This document shows, piece by piece, positions 40,178 to 49,877 of a stretch of 64,000 nt of DNA. Origin of the DNA: an uncultured Planctomycetota bacterium (GTDB lineage: Bacteria; Planctomycetota; Planctomycetia; Gemmatales; Gemmataceae); NCBI GenBank assembly GCA_963783095.1, contig CAWAMR010000018.1:9920-73919 (forward strand), in the 5' to 3' direction. Both the position numbers and the translations under genes were made by a program. Within the stretch, counting starts at the first letter, position 1. Every line of letters starts with the position of its first letter. Below the pieces are notes generated by a model. It was given only the letters and a program-made list of their open reading frames with translations, made no database searches and was not told the origin of the DNA.

Positions 40178-40896
40178 GGTTTGGCTCCCTTCAGCAGCGC
40201 TTCGATCTGATCGGCTTTCAATTTCCGGATCGACCCGTTCGTGAAAAGGGTGTACTGCCCATCGCCAAACAACTCAGGCTCCCAGGCGAGCGGCCTGGCC
40301 TCGCCTTTCCGCTTCAAACCGCCGACGTAGATGTACGGCAGCTCGGTCGGGTGCGGCACTTTCCACAGGTCGGCTGGGATCGCATATTGCGTAACCGATA
40401 GAGGAAACGCGCCATCGTTCATTTGGGCATAATCCCAGAGCGCAAATCGCAACTCCTCCAACTTGGCTTTGCGGTCGCGGTCAACGATGTCGGATCCGGA
40501 AGCCGGCTTATCCTGGACCTTGAAGGTTCGTCCATCGCGTTCCCACGCCGCCGGCGTCATCAGCTCGCGGGCTCCGGAGATCATCGTCAACACCAGGACA
40601 AAAATCAAACCCCACAACAACGTCACGCCGAGAGCCAGACGATACGACAATCTCGGCAGTTGAGTAAACTGGCTCTGAAGATAGTTCCACAAGAGACGGA
40701 TCAGGAACGCGGAAACAAAGAAACCAACCAGGAAGAAAGAGATGTTCTGGAGCCGAATCTCCGCCATCTCGGTGAGCGTAACTGTGACGGTGGGCATTCC
40801 CGCAGAAACGACACCGGGTAAACAGGTCGCGCTCAGTACAACCAGAAGTGTTGTGAAATGTGTCCGCATGGCTTCACCTGTTGCGAGTTGATTCAT
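40174..40896 (-). CDS. Hypothetical membrane protein, first gene of the four-gene operon
   Basis: Signal/TM N-terminus MRTHFTTLLVVLSATCLPGVVSA plus two internal TM helices; its stop overlaps the next gene's start. Confidence 0.5.
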   Translation of the reverse strand: MNQLATGEAMRTHFTTLLVVLSATCLPGVVSAGMPTVTVTLTEMAEIRLQNISFFLVGFFVSAFLIRLLWNYLQSQFTQLPRLSYRLALGVTLLWGLIFVLVLTMISGARELMTPAAWERDGRTFKVQDKPASGSDIVDRDRKAKLEELRFALWDYAQMNDGAFPLSVTQYAIPADLWKVPHPTELPYIYVGGLKRKGEARPLAWEPELFGDGQYTLFTNGSIRKLKADQIEALLKGAKP

Positions 40897-41034
40897 CGGC
40901 GTTCATTATATCCTGCCGCCCTGCGGGTGTTACAGAGTTTGATCGACAATTCTCCGCACTTGCCCGTTTCCTTCCTCGGTATGAGTTATTACACTTGACA
41001 GAAGCGTACATTCCCACTCTCCAGGAATGCCCCC

Positions 41035-42810
41035 ATGTCCATTCGCATCCGTCTCGCTGCGCCACTTCTGCTCCTGGCTCTTGGCCTGCCCGGTTGGGCG
41101 GATGAACCTTCGGAGGGCATCAAGGAAATTGCCGAGTTGAGCAAGACCGGCAAGCTCTTCGATAAGGAGAACTACAAGGCCGTTCGAGCGGCCTGTACCA
41201 AGGTCTTTGTCGAGAAGCACAAAGACCAAATCCAGGCGGCGTATAGTGAGGATTTCGATGCCTTCAGCGCCTGGCTCGACAAGAATGTGGCCATCAAGGA
41301 AGAGTTCTACACCGCGATCAACGAAAAACTCGACAATATTCCCGGCGTGCTCAAGCTCTTCAAGGATCTGTGGAAGAAGTATCCCGAACAGGTTCAAAAG
41401 TATTACAACCTCGCCATTGCCACCGCAGTAGTCTGGGATCAGTCGCGCGGGCTTTACGACTATCGACAACACCAGGTTCGCACGCACAGCAGCTTGCCGG
41501 AATCGTATTCCAAGGTCGATGCAATCGATTCCTTCAAGTTCCTGATCGACAATCAAAAAGAGTTGCTGGGAAGTGAGAAAGTCAATCGTCTCGAGAAGTT
41601 GCCCTGGGAATTCCTCGTTTATGTGGTGGATCACCAGACTCCGTTCGACGAACGAAAATGGGCGATGAAGAAATATATTCCCAGACGGCCCATGATCGGC
41701 AAGATTTACAGCGACGTGCAATACGACTACGAGATGTTGCGAACCCAGAGCAAGACATGCAAGCTCGGCGACAAGCCGTACACGCTGGCGAACATCTTGA
41801 CGTATGGCGGAGTCTGCGCCATGCAGGCCGATTTCTCGGCACGAGTGGGCAAGAGCATTGCCGTGCCGGCAGCGTATGTCGGCGGCGAATCGCAATTCGG
41901 CGAACTGCATGCCTGGGTCATGTGGGTGGAAGTTCGCTCGGTCGTGGCCGGCAAGGTGAACTTCACCCTCGAATCGCACGGCCGATACCTGGGCGACAAT
42001 TATTACACCGGAACGCTGCACGATCCCCAGACGATGCAGCAGATTCTCGATCGCGACATGGAACGCCGGCTGGCCGCGGTGGCAAGCGATCGCATCGGCA
42101 AGCGCCAGGCCGAATTGGCCATGAAATATTACGACGAAGTGGTGGTAGCACGCGAACTGCCGCAAGCCCGCAAAATCCGCTATCTCGACGGCTGCCTGAA
42201 GTTATGTCACTTCAACGAAGCGGCCTGGCTGGAGTTGGCCAGGCAAGTTGCGCAGGGCGAGCTGGAAGCGGAATTGAAGACGATCGTTCTGCAACACTGC
42301 GAATCGATGTTGAAGACCTTTGCCAAGTATCCGGATTTCACATTCAAGCTGGCCAACGATCTGTTGAAGATCCAGCCTAACAAGGCAGCGCGCAATAAGT
42401 TCTACGAAAGGCTGGTGAACCTGTACGAAGCCGCTGGACGACCCGACCTGGCCTGCGAAGCCCGGCTCAAGTGGGCCGATTTCATCGCGGAAGAGGAGAA
42501 ATGGACGATCGCGGCGAAGGGGATTGCGCTGACAGTTCAAAAGTTCCCGGCGGAGGGGCGCTATATCCCCAAGCTGATGGCCAAGCTGGTCGAAGTATGC
42601 GGCAAGTACAAAACGGGTAACGACTTTCTCGCGCAGCAATACCTTCTGTTGCTGAAAAACATCCCAACGAAGCGCGGCAACGATCCCAGCAAGTTCTGCA
42701 TCGACATGCACGAGAAGGCAATCCTATACTTCAAGACGCTGCCGAAGAAGGACAAGGTGGTGAGGGAGTTGGAACAGCGCCTGGCGGCGATCAAAACCGG
42801 AAAGTCGTGA
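41035..42810 (+). CDS. Secreted transglutaminase-like (papain-fold Cys protease-like) domain protein
   Basis: Signal MSIRIRLAAPLLLLALGLPGWA; core YGGVCAMQADFSARVGKSIAVPAAYVGG ... HAWVMWVEV (Cys...His of a transglutaminase-like fold). Confidence 0.55.
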   Translation: MSIRIRLAAPLLLLALGLPGWADEPSEGIKEIAELSKTGKLFDKENYKAVRAACTKVFVEKHKDQIQAAYSEDFDAFSAWLDKNVAIKEEFYTAINEKLDNIPGVLKLFKDLWKKYPEQVQKYYNLAIATAVVWDQSRGLYDYRQHQVRTHSSLPESYSKVDAIDSFKFLIDNQKELLGSEKVNRLEKLPWEFLVYVVDHQTPFDERKWAMKKYIPRRPMIGKIYSDVQYDYEMLRTQSKTCKLGDKPYTLANILTYGGVCAMQADFSARVGKSIAVPAAYVGGESQFGELHAWVMWVEVRSVVAGKVNFTLESHGRYLGDNYYTGTLHDPQTMQQILDRDMERRLAAVASDRIGKRQAELAMKYYDEVVVARELPQARKIRYLDGCLKLCHFNEAAWLELARQVAQGELEAELKTIVLQHCESMLKTFAKYPDFTFKLANDLLKIQPNKAARNKFYERLVNLYEAAGRPDLACEARLKWADFIAEEEKWTIAAKGIALTVQKFPAEGRYIPKLMAKLVEVCGKYKTGNDFLAQQYLLLLKNIPTKRGNDPSKFCIDMHEKAILYFKTLPKKDKVVRELEQRLAAIKTGKS

Positions 42811-43222
42811 ATCGAATCGGAACTGGCGATCGGGTTGCTGCGCAACGGAGGCACGATGGTGCCTCCGTTTGTTTGCGTATCCCCAGAGGTGCAAATATAC
42901 TGCATCCAGCCAAGAACGAGCCTGGGGACGTGGGGTACGCGTCTCGCGTGCCCGTCAGCCGATGCCGAAGGCGACGCGGAACGGCCCCTCGAATCATTGA
43001 AATGCGCTTTGTATTTGAACATAATTTCAGTATAATAGGTGTGGTGAATTCGCCGATGAATCGGATGGGTGGGTCAAACGATTATCGATTTGATACACCA
43101 ACGCTACTACTGAATTTGGTTGTCTATCTTGCAACCAGACTGCAATCATGGGATAAGAAAACGCCCACACGATCGTGGGTATCGAATCGCTTCTTCCTCA
43201 TGGAGAAGAACCAGGAGCGACT

Positions 43223-44338
43223 ATGAACAGTTTTCGTCTTGTCAGTCTCGCGTTTCTTTTCTCGATGTCGCCGGCGTTTGCGGCGGGCGATGACACTCGG
43301 GCAATCGCTGCCAACAAGCGCGGGAATAAACACGCTGATGCCGGAGAATACGACAAGGCAATCGAATCTTACAGTGAAGCTATCCGTCTCGATCCAAACT
43401 TCGCGAAAGCGTACCGCAACCGGGGCTGGGTATACGGCCATAAAGGTAACCACGACAAGGCGATTGACGATTTCACCGATGCGATTCGCCTCGATCCGAA
43501 GAATGCGGATGCCTACCGAAGCCGGGGTGTCGCCTACGAGAAGAAAGGCGACCTCAACAAAGCAATTGAAGACTACACGGGTGCGACTCGCTTGAATTCG
43601 AAGGATAGCACTGCTTACAACAACCGGGGCAATGCATACCAACTGAAGGACAATTTCGACAAGGCAATTGAAGACTACACCGAAGCGATCAAGATCAACC
43701 CGAAGTATGCCAAAGCCTACTCCAATCGCGGTTTGGCATACTGCAACAAGGGTGATCTCGGCAAGGCAATTGAGGACTACACCGAAGCGATTCGCCTCGA
43801 TCCAAAGGATGCCAAAACCTACTGCAACCGGGGTTGCGCCTACGAGGACAAGGGAAACCTTGACAAGGCAATCGACGACCACTCCGAAGCGATTCGCCTG
43901 AATCCGAAGTCGCCTACTTCGCGCTTTAACCGTGGTATCGTATGGACAAAGAAGGGTAACCTGGACAAAGCGATTGTCGATTTCACCGAATCCATTCGCA
44001 TCAATCCGATGGATTCGGATGCCTATTACGCCCGAGCAACGACTTACATCGTGCAAGAAAAGCTCGACGAGGCGATTGCGGACTTCACCGAAACCATTCG
44101 CCGCGATTCCAAGTATGGCAAAGCCTTCAACAACCGAGGTGCCGCATACGTTAGGAAGGGTGAGTTCAACAAGGCAATCGAGGACTTCACCGAAGCGATT
44201 CGCCTCGATCCGAAAAATGCAGGAGCATTCCACAATCGAGGCAACGCATACAAACTGAACGGCGATCTGGACAAAGCCAAAGCCGACTACATCGAGGCTG
44301 CCCGGCTCAATTCGAAGATTGGGGAGAAATTGAAGTGA
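43223..44338 (+). CDS. Secreted tetratricopeptide (TPR) repeat protein
   Basis: Signal peptide, then ~10 tandem 34-aa units (DKAIEDYTEAIRLDPK.A.AY.NRG.AY..KG). Confidence 0.85.
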   Translation: MNSFRLVSLAFLFSMSPAFAAGDDTRAIAANKRGNKHADAGEYDKAIESYSEAIRLDPNFAKAYRNRGWVYGHKGNHDKAIDDFTDAIRLDPKNADAYRSRGVAYEKKGDLNKAIEDYTGATRLNSKDSTAYNNRGNAYQLKDNFDKAIEDYTEAIKINPKYAKAYSNRGLAYCNKGDLGKAIEDYTEAIRLDPKDAKTYCNRGCAYEDKGNLDKAIDDHSEAIRLNPKSPTSRFNRGIVWTKKGNLDKAIVDFTESIRINPMDSDAYYARATTYIVQEKLDEAIADFTETIRRDSKYGKAFNNRGAAYVRKGEFNKAIEDFTEAIRLDPKNAGAFHNRGNAYKLNGDLDKAKADYIEAARLNSKIGEKLK

Positions 44339-44503
44339 GAGGAGCCATGCGCCCTCTTTGCCCACGCAATCGTTCCTGCGAGTTTCCCTTCCGATCATTC
44401 TCCCCTTTTTCGGATGCAGTCCATTGAACCGCCATCGGATGTCGGTTAGACTTTCCTTATATGGTGCCCGCCTTCCTTCCCTCCCTTTTCGTTTGAGGCT
44501 TTT

Positions 44504-45994
44504 ATGGGTCCGTTCAATCGTCGTGAATTTCTTCAACAGTCGGCCGTCATCAGCGCAGCCCTCGCTGCTCTCGAAGGTGGTTCCTTAGTCGCCGAAGAAC
44601 CCAAACCTACTGCTGCCCGTTCGGTCGGAGCCAACGACAAGCTGCGCGTGGCCGTCGTCGGCGTTCACGGGCGCGGCATGGCCCACGTCAACGGCTTCAA
44701 CAACATCGAAGGCTGCGAAATCGTCACCATCTGCGATTGCGATGAAGCCGTCATCGGCTCCGCGATGAAGTCGGTCGAGAGGAAAAACGGCAAAGCGCCC
44801 AAGTACGAGCAGGACTTGCGCAGAGTCGTCGAAGATAAGAGCATCGACATCGTTTCCATCGCCACACCCAACCACTGGCATGCTCTTGCTGCCATCTGGG
44901 CACTGCAAAACGGCAAGGATGTCTACGTCGAAAAGCCGGTTAGCCATAATGTCTGGGAAGGCCGGCAAATCGTCGAGTCGGCGCGCAGGATGAAGAAGAT
45001 CTGCCAGGCGGGCACGCAAAGCCGATCGACGACCGGGATGCGCGATGCCATGCAGTACATTCACGACGGCAAAATCGGCACGGTGAAACTCGCCTACGGC
45101 ACTTGCTACAAGCGGCGCGGCAGCATCGGCAAAGTCACCGAGGACCAGGCCGTTCCCAAGAGCATGAACTACGATCTGTGGTCCGGCCCCGCTCCGATTC
45201 TGCCGGTCCATCGCAAGAGCCTGCACTACGACTGGCACTGGATCTGGGCCTACGGCAACGGCGATCTCGGCAACCAGGGCATTCATGAGATGGACAAGGC
45301 TCGCTGGGGGCTCGGCAAAATGGATCTGCCCAAGAGCGTCATAAGCGTCGGCGGCCGCTTCGGTTACGTCGATGACGGCGAGACGGCCAACACCCAACTG
45401 GCGCTGTTCGATTACGGCGACTCGGAACTGATCTTCGAAGTCCGCGGGCTGGAAAGCATCAGCCCCTATCCCGGCAAGGTGGCGGCTGCCAAGAAGGGGA
45501 GCAATTTCGTCGGCAACATTTTCTACGGCGATCAGGGCACGGTCGTCTGCCCGAACTACGGCAGCGGCATCATCCTCGACAAGGATCTGGCGGTGGTGAA
45601 GAAATTCTCCGGCGGCGGTGATGGTGCCCACTTCGAGAATTTTGTCAAGGCGGTGCGGAGCCGAAAGGCCGAGGAACTCAACGGTCCTATTCTCGAAGGG
45701 CATCTTTCCAGTGCGCTGTGTCACCTGGCCAATATCAGTTACCAGCTTGGCACTTCCAAGCCCATGAGCGAGGTGAAAGAGTTCACCGACAACAAGGACG
45801 CTCAGGAAGCCTTCACTCGAATGATGGCTCACCTGGAAGATAACAAGGTCGATCTCAGCCAGGCGATGGGCCGGGTTGGACCATTGCTGCAAATCGCTGC
45901 GAAGTCGGAGAAGTTCACCGGCAACGTCAAGGCCAATGGGTTATTGACGCGAGAATATCGCAAGGGTTTTGAAGTCACGGCACCGACCGTTTGA
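44504..45994 (+). CDS. Gfo/Idh/MocA family oxidoreductase with Tat signal
   Basis: RREFLQQSAVISAALAAL; Rossmann LRVAVVGVHGRGMAHV; EKPVSHNVWEGRQIV. Confidence 0.85.
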   Translation: MGPFNRREFLQQSAVISAALAALEGGSLVAEEPKPTAARSVGANDKLRVAVVGVHGRGMAHVNGFNNIEGCEIVTICDCDEAVIGSAMKSVERKNGKAPKYEQDLRRVVEDKSIDIVSIATPNHWHALAAIWALQNGKDVYVEKPVSHNVWEGRQIVESARRMKKICQAGTQSRSTTGMRDAMQYIHDGKIGTVKLAYGTCYKRRGSIGKVTEDQAVPKSMNYDLWSGPAPILPVHRKSLHYDWHWIWAYGNGDLGNQGIHEMDKARWGLGKMDLPKSVISVGGRFGYVDDGETANTQLALFDYGDSELIFEVRGLESISPYPGKVAAAKKGSNFVGNIFYGDQGTVVCPNYGSGIILDKDLAVVKKFSGGGDGAHFENFVKAVRSRKAEELNGPILEGHLSSALCHLANISYQLGTSKPMSEVKEFTDNKDAQEAFTRMMAHLEDNKVDLSQAMGRVGPLLQIAAKSEKFTGNVKANGLLTREYRKGFEVTAPTV

Positions 45995-46062
45995 TCCTTC
46001 CTCTCCCACGACATGCAATCTTGCATTGGGTGTCGTGGGAGACTTTCTTTTCGGAGTCCACC

Positions 46063-47091
46063 ATGCGCTTTCTTCTCCTCGTTCTCTTGGTCACCTCACC
46101 CGCTTTCGCCGAAGATGCCAAGAAACCCGCAGTCACACGAGGCGATGAGCCGATCGCCAAGACGTTTTCTGCCGAGAAAAGTGCAGAATTTCTCGACGGC
46201 ATCAACTTGGCTTGGACGCGCGAGCGGAAATGCTTTGCCTGCCATACCAACGTCTTTTTCATGCACGCCAGGCCGCTGGTTCAAACCGGAAAATCAGCAG
46301 CGCTGGATGAACTGCGGACGTTCTTGGAGGAGCGCGTCGCCAACTGGGAAACCAAAGCACCCGGAGCAGATTACAACGTCCTCGCTTCCGCCATGGCACT
46401 GGCCGGAAATGATGCTGCCACCACGGGGAAATTGCACCCAATGACCCGGAAGGCACTGGACTGGTCGATCAAACTGCAAAAAGCCGATGGCCGCTGGAAC
46501 TGGCCCAAGTGCGACTGGCCGCCACTGGAACACGACGATTACTATGGCGTTGTCTTCATGACACTGGCCATCGGTATCGCACCGGAAGAGTACGCCAAGA
46601 CGGAAGCGGCAACAGCTGCTCTGGAAAAAGCCAGGGCTTACTTGAAGAAAAATCCAGCACCCGATCTGCACCACAAGGCCATGTTGTTGTGGGCATCAAT
46701 GAAAGTAGATGCGTTGATGTCGCCTGAAGACCGGCAAGAAACGATCAAGGAATTGCGAGCCAAGCAGCACGAAGATGGCGGCTGGAGTTTGCCTTCCTTG
46801 GGCACCTATAAGCGCCGAGACAAGCAAAAAACACTGAACGATCCCAATGCGCCGAGCGACGGCTATGGGACGGGCTTTGTCACTTATGTATTGCGGCAAG
46901 CCGGGGTGAAGGCGGATGATGAAGCGCTGAAGAAGTCGGTGCATTGGCTGGTCAAGAACCAACGCGAATCGGGCCGATGGTACACGCGGTCGCTGAACAC
47001 CGATACGGTGCATCTCATCACCAACGCCGGTTCCGCGTTTGCCGTGCTGGCCCTCGATGCGTGTGGTGTGCCGATGAAGAAAGTCGATTAA
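46063..47091 (+). CDS. Secreted protein with an N-terminal CxxCH haem-c motif and a terpenoid-cyclase/prenyltransferase-like repeat region
   Basis: Signal MRFLLLVLLVTSPAFA; KCFACHTN; repeated DGRWNW / DGGWS / SGRWY motifs reminiscent of alpha-alpha toroid repeats. Confidence 0.45.
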   Translation: MRFLLLVLLVTSPAFAEDAKKPAVTRGDEPIAKTFSAEKSAEFLDGINLAWTRERKCFACHTNVFFMHARPLVQTGKSAALDELRTFLEERVANWETKAPGADYNVLASAMALAGNDAATTGKLHPMTRKALDWSIKLQKADGRWNWPKCDWPPLEHDDYYGVVFMTLAIGIAPEEYAKTEAATAALEKARAYLKKNPAPDLHHKAMLLWASMKVDALMSPEDRQETIKELRAKQHEDGGWSLPSLGTYKRRDKQKTLNDPNAPSDGYGTGFVTYVLRQAGVKADDEALKKSVHWLVKNQRESGRWYTRSLNTDTVHLITNAGSAFAVLALDACGVPMKKVD

Positions 47092-47163
47092 CCGAAAGGA
47101 GGTTGAACGATGGTCGTCGAGGCACCCCGGCGGAGCTATGGCTCAGCCGATCATGGACGAGCG

Positions 47164-47358
47164 ATGAGTTTGAAGACGTTTCTCGCCGCCAACTGGGAGG
47201 AAGGTTTCAAATACGAGCTGATCGATGGGAAAGTCTACGTGTCGCCAAAGGCCAATTTACCTCACGATCGGATCAATCTCTGGTTATCCGACGAAGTCTA
47301 CGAGACCAGGATACTGCCGGGATTCTCGCTGGTCGTCGATCCATTCCACAAAGGTTAG
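47164..47358 (+). pseudogene. Uma2 (DUF820) family endonuclease remnant, internally deleted (65 aa)
   Basis: MSLKTFLAANWEEGFKYELIDGKVYVSP (Uma2 N-terminus) directly followed by ...LPGFSLVVDPFHKG (Uma2 C-terminus); the middle ~120 aa are missing. Confidence 0.35.
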
Positions 47359-47453
47359 ACGCTGGGTTAGCAGATCGCATCAGAACTTTTGCCCACAGCA
47401 ATCCGTAGAAAATGTCCCCTGCCGACGATTCCTCCAACACGAGAGATTCTCCG

Positions 47454-49811
47454 ATGTTTCGTCTCCTTGTTCCTGTGCTGTTCGTTTCTGCCCCGGCCTT
47501 CGCCGACGAGCCGAAGACTCCGGACAACCTCGCCGAATGGTTGCGAAAACAGAACGCCAATGTCCTCGCCACTTCTCCCGAGAAGACGAAACAACTCGCG
47601 TCGATGGTGAACGACGATCTCCGGAAACGCCGCGATCTGATCCACGACCGCGAACGCAAGGCCTGGGCGGAAATCTCGACTCGCGCCCAGTGGGAGAAAT
47701 ATCGCGATGAGAAAATTGCCGCACTGCGCCAAACCATCGCCGATTTTCCAGAGACCCCGAAAGCAGTCCGGACGCTCATCGCAAAAACGATCGAAGGCGA
47801 CGGTTACGCGATCGAGAATATCGTCTTTGAAAGCAGGCCCGGTTTTTGGGTCACGGGGAATCTCTATCGGCCCGCGAAGCTGGGGGCAAAAATGCCTGGT
47901 ATCCTTATCGCTCACAGTCATCACAATCCAAAAACCGAAGGCGAGCTTCAGGATATGGGCGTGACCTGGGCCAGGGCCGGCTGCCTGGTCCTGGTGATCG
48001 ATCAACTGGGCCACGGCGAGCGTCGGCAACATCCTTTCGTCAACGAAAAATCGTATCCCGAACCTTTCCGAGTTGGCCGGCAGGATTATTATTTTCGCTA
48101 CAACTCAGGCGTTCAATTAGCGCTGGTCGGAGAAAGTCTCATCGGCTGGATGGCCTGGGACTTGATGCGCGGCGTCGATGTGTTATTGGCACGTCCCGGC
48201 ATTGACAAAGAGGCGATCATCTTGCTGGGCGCGGTCGCGGGCGGCGGCGATCCTGCTGCTGTTACAGCTGCACTCGATCCCCGTATCAAAACAGTTGTTC
48301 CCTTTAACTTTGGCGGCCCGCAGCCTGAAACGAGATTCCCACTTCCGGAGGGTGTGGAAAAGACTTTTAACTATATGGGCGGCGGCAGTTGGGAATCGAC
48401 CCGAAACATGCGGCTATCCGGGCAGGCCGGTTTTTTGCCTTGGGTCATCGTCGCGGCCTCTGCGCCGCGCGGAATGATTGATGCTCATGAGTTTGCCTGG
48501 GATAAAGAGCACGATCCTGCCTGGGCACGCTACCAGAAAATCTGGGGATTTTACGATGCCGGCGACAAACTCGCCTCGACTCACGGTAGCGGCTCCGTGA
48601 CCGGCAAGCCACCCGAGTCCACTCACTGCAACAATATCGGTCCGGTTCATCGAAAAGATATTCATGCCGCGTTCGAGAAGTGGTTCGGCATCAAGTCCGT
48701 GGAATCGAAGGATCGCCACAAGGCCGATGAGCTGCGATGTCTCAACGAGGATCTGGTCGAGCAAATCCGGCCAAAGTCACTTGTTGATGTCTTGAAAGAA
48801 CGCACGAATTCGCTCTTGAAAACAACTGCCTCGGAACGGGAACAAGTTCCTTCATCCGACCGGGCAGCTCATCTCCGAGAAGTCTGGGCTAAAACGCTTG
48901 GTATCAACGAGGTCGCATTCGAAGCTACAATCGCCGAAGTGAGCAAATTCGGCGATTATACATGCGAACGGATCGACATCCGGTCCGAACGGAACATCCA
49001 TGTCCCCACCCTGCTCCTGATGCCGATGAGGAAGGAAAAGGAATCCTTTCCGGTGGTAATCTGCGTTTGCGGTGACGGCAAACAGCGGTTCTTAACGGAA
49101 AACGCCGAAGCGATCGATCATCTCCTGAAGAATCGAATAGCGGTCTGTCTGCCGGATGTTCGAGGTACGGGCGAGACAAAACCGGGCGACAGCCGAAGTC
49201 GAACCAGCACGTTGACCAGTCTTTGCTCGACGGAGCAGATGCTGGGCGGCACCCTGTTAGGCGGGCGACTGAACGATGTCAACGCGGTTTTCCAGTATCT
49301 GACCACGAAACGCAAGGAAGAAATCAATCCCAAAAAGGTGGCGATGTGGGGAGAGAGTTTTGCGAAGGCCAATGCTCCCGATCGCAAATTCGCCGTACCG
49401 CACGAAGCGGACAGGTATCCGAACCTTGCCGATCCTACGGGTGGATTGCTTGCCGCATTCAGCGGACTCTACCATGACTCGATCCGTGCTCTCGCGATCC
49501 GGGGCAGCCTGGTGAATTATCGTTCGATACTGGAGAGTCCCTTTTTGTATGTGCCTTATGATGCCATCGTTCCCGGGGCGATTTTTGCGGGCGACCTGGA
49601 TCGAGTGTACGCGATCAAGAAAGGCCGACCACTTCTGATCGAAGGCACGGTGGACGGTCTGAATCGTCGGCTCTCGACCAAAGCGATCAACGAGAGCATG
49701 AAACCGCTTCGAGCGGCTTATGGGAAGGATGAGGCAGTATTGGAAATTCGCGCGGAGCCGCGCCCCGCAATGGAAGTGGCAAAGTGGTTGGTGAAGGCTT
49801 TGAATCGATGA
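47454..49811 (+). CDS. Secreted two-domain alpha/beta-hydrolase-fold protein (acetylxylan-esterase/dienelactone-hydrolase-like)
   Basis: Signal MFRLLVPVLFVSAPAFA; GILIAHSHHNPKTEG...IDQLGHGER and a second module VVICVCGDGKQRF...MWGESFA. Confidence 0.5.
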   Translation: MFRLLVPVLFVSAPAFADEPKTPDNLAEWLRKQNANVLATSPEKTKQLASMVNDDLRKRRDLIHDRERKAWAEISTRAQWEKYRDEKIAALRQTIADFPETPKAVRTLIAKTIEGDGYAIENIVFESRPGFWVTGNLYRPAKLGAKMPGILIAHSHHNPKTEGELQDMGVTWARAGCLVLVIDQLGHGERRQHPFVNEKSYPEPFRVGRQDYYFRYNSGVQLALVGESLIGWMAWDLMRGVDVLLARPGIDKEAIILLGAVAGGGDPAAVTAALDPRIKTVVPFNFGGPQPETRFPLPEGVEKTFNYMGGGSWESTRNMRLSGQAGFLPWVIVAASAPRGMIDAHEFAWDKEHDPAWARYQKIWGFYDAGDKLASTHGSGSVTGKPPESTHCNNIGPVHRKDIHAAFEKWFGIKSVESKDRHKADELRCLNEDLVEQIRPKSLVDVLKERTNSLLKTTASEREQVPSSDRAAHLREVWAKTLGINEVAFEATIAEVSKFGDYTCERIDIRSERNIHVPTLLLMPMRKEKESFPVVICVCGDGKQRFLTENAEAIDHLLKNRIAVCLPDVRGTGETKPGDSRSRTSTLTSLCSTEQMLGGTLLGGRLNDVNAVFQYLTTKRKEEINPKKVAMWGESFAKANAPDRKFAVPHEADRYPNLADPTGGLLAAFSGLYHDSIRALAIRGSLVNYRSILESPFLYVPYDAIVPGAIFAGDLDRVYAIKKGRPLLIEGTVDGLNRRLSTKAINESMKPLRAAYGKDEAVLEIRAEPRPAMEVAKWLVKALNR

Positions 49812-49877
49812 TGAAGGTACCTTGCATGCAACGAGGCCGGATTGGTTTTGTTCAAGCCAGTTTTGCAAGGTCTCGAT

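Noticed and set aside
43223-44338. Annotating the TPR gene's internal ~100-nt periodicity as a DNA tandem repeat or VNTR
   Set aside because: The periodicity is explained by the 34-aa TPR protein repeats; the units are diverged at the DNA level.
44585-45892. 435-aa - strand ORF
   Set aside because: Antisense of the clearly homologous Gfo/Idh/MocA oxidoreductase; a typical long shadow ORF in high-GC DNA.
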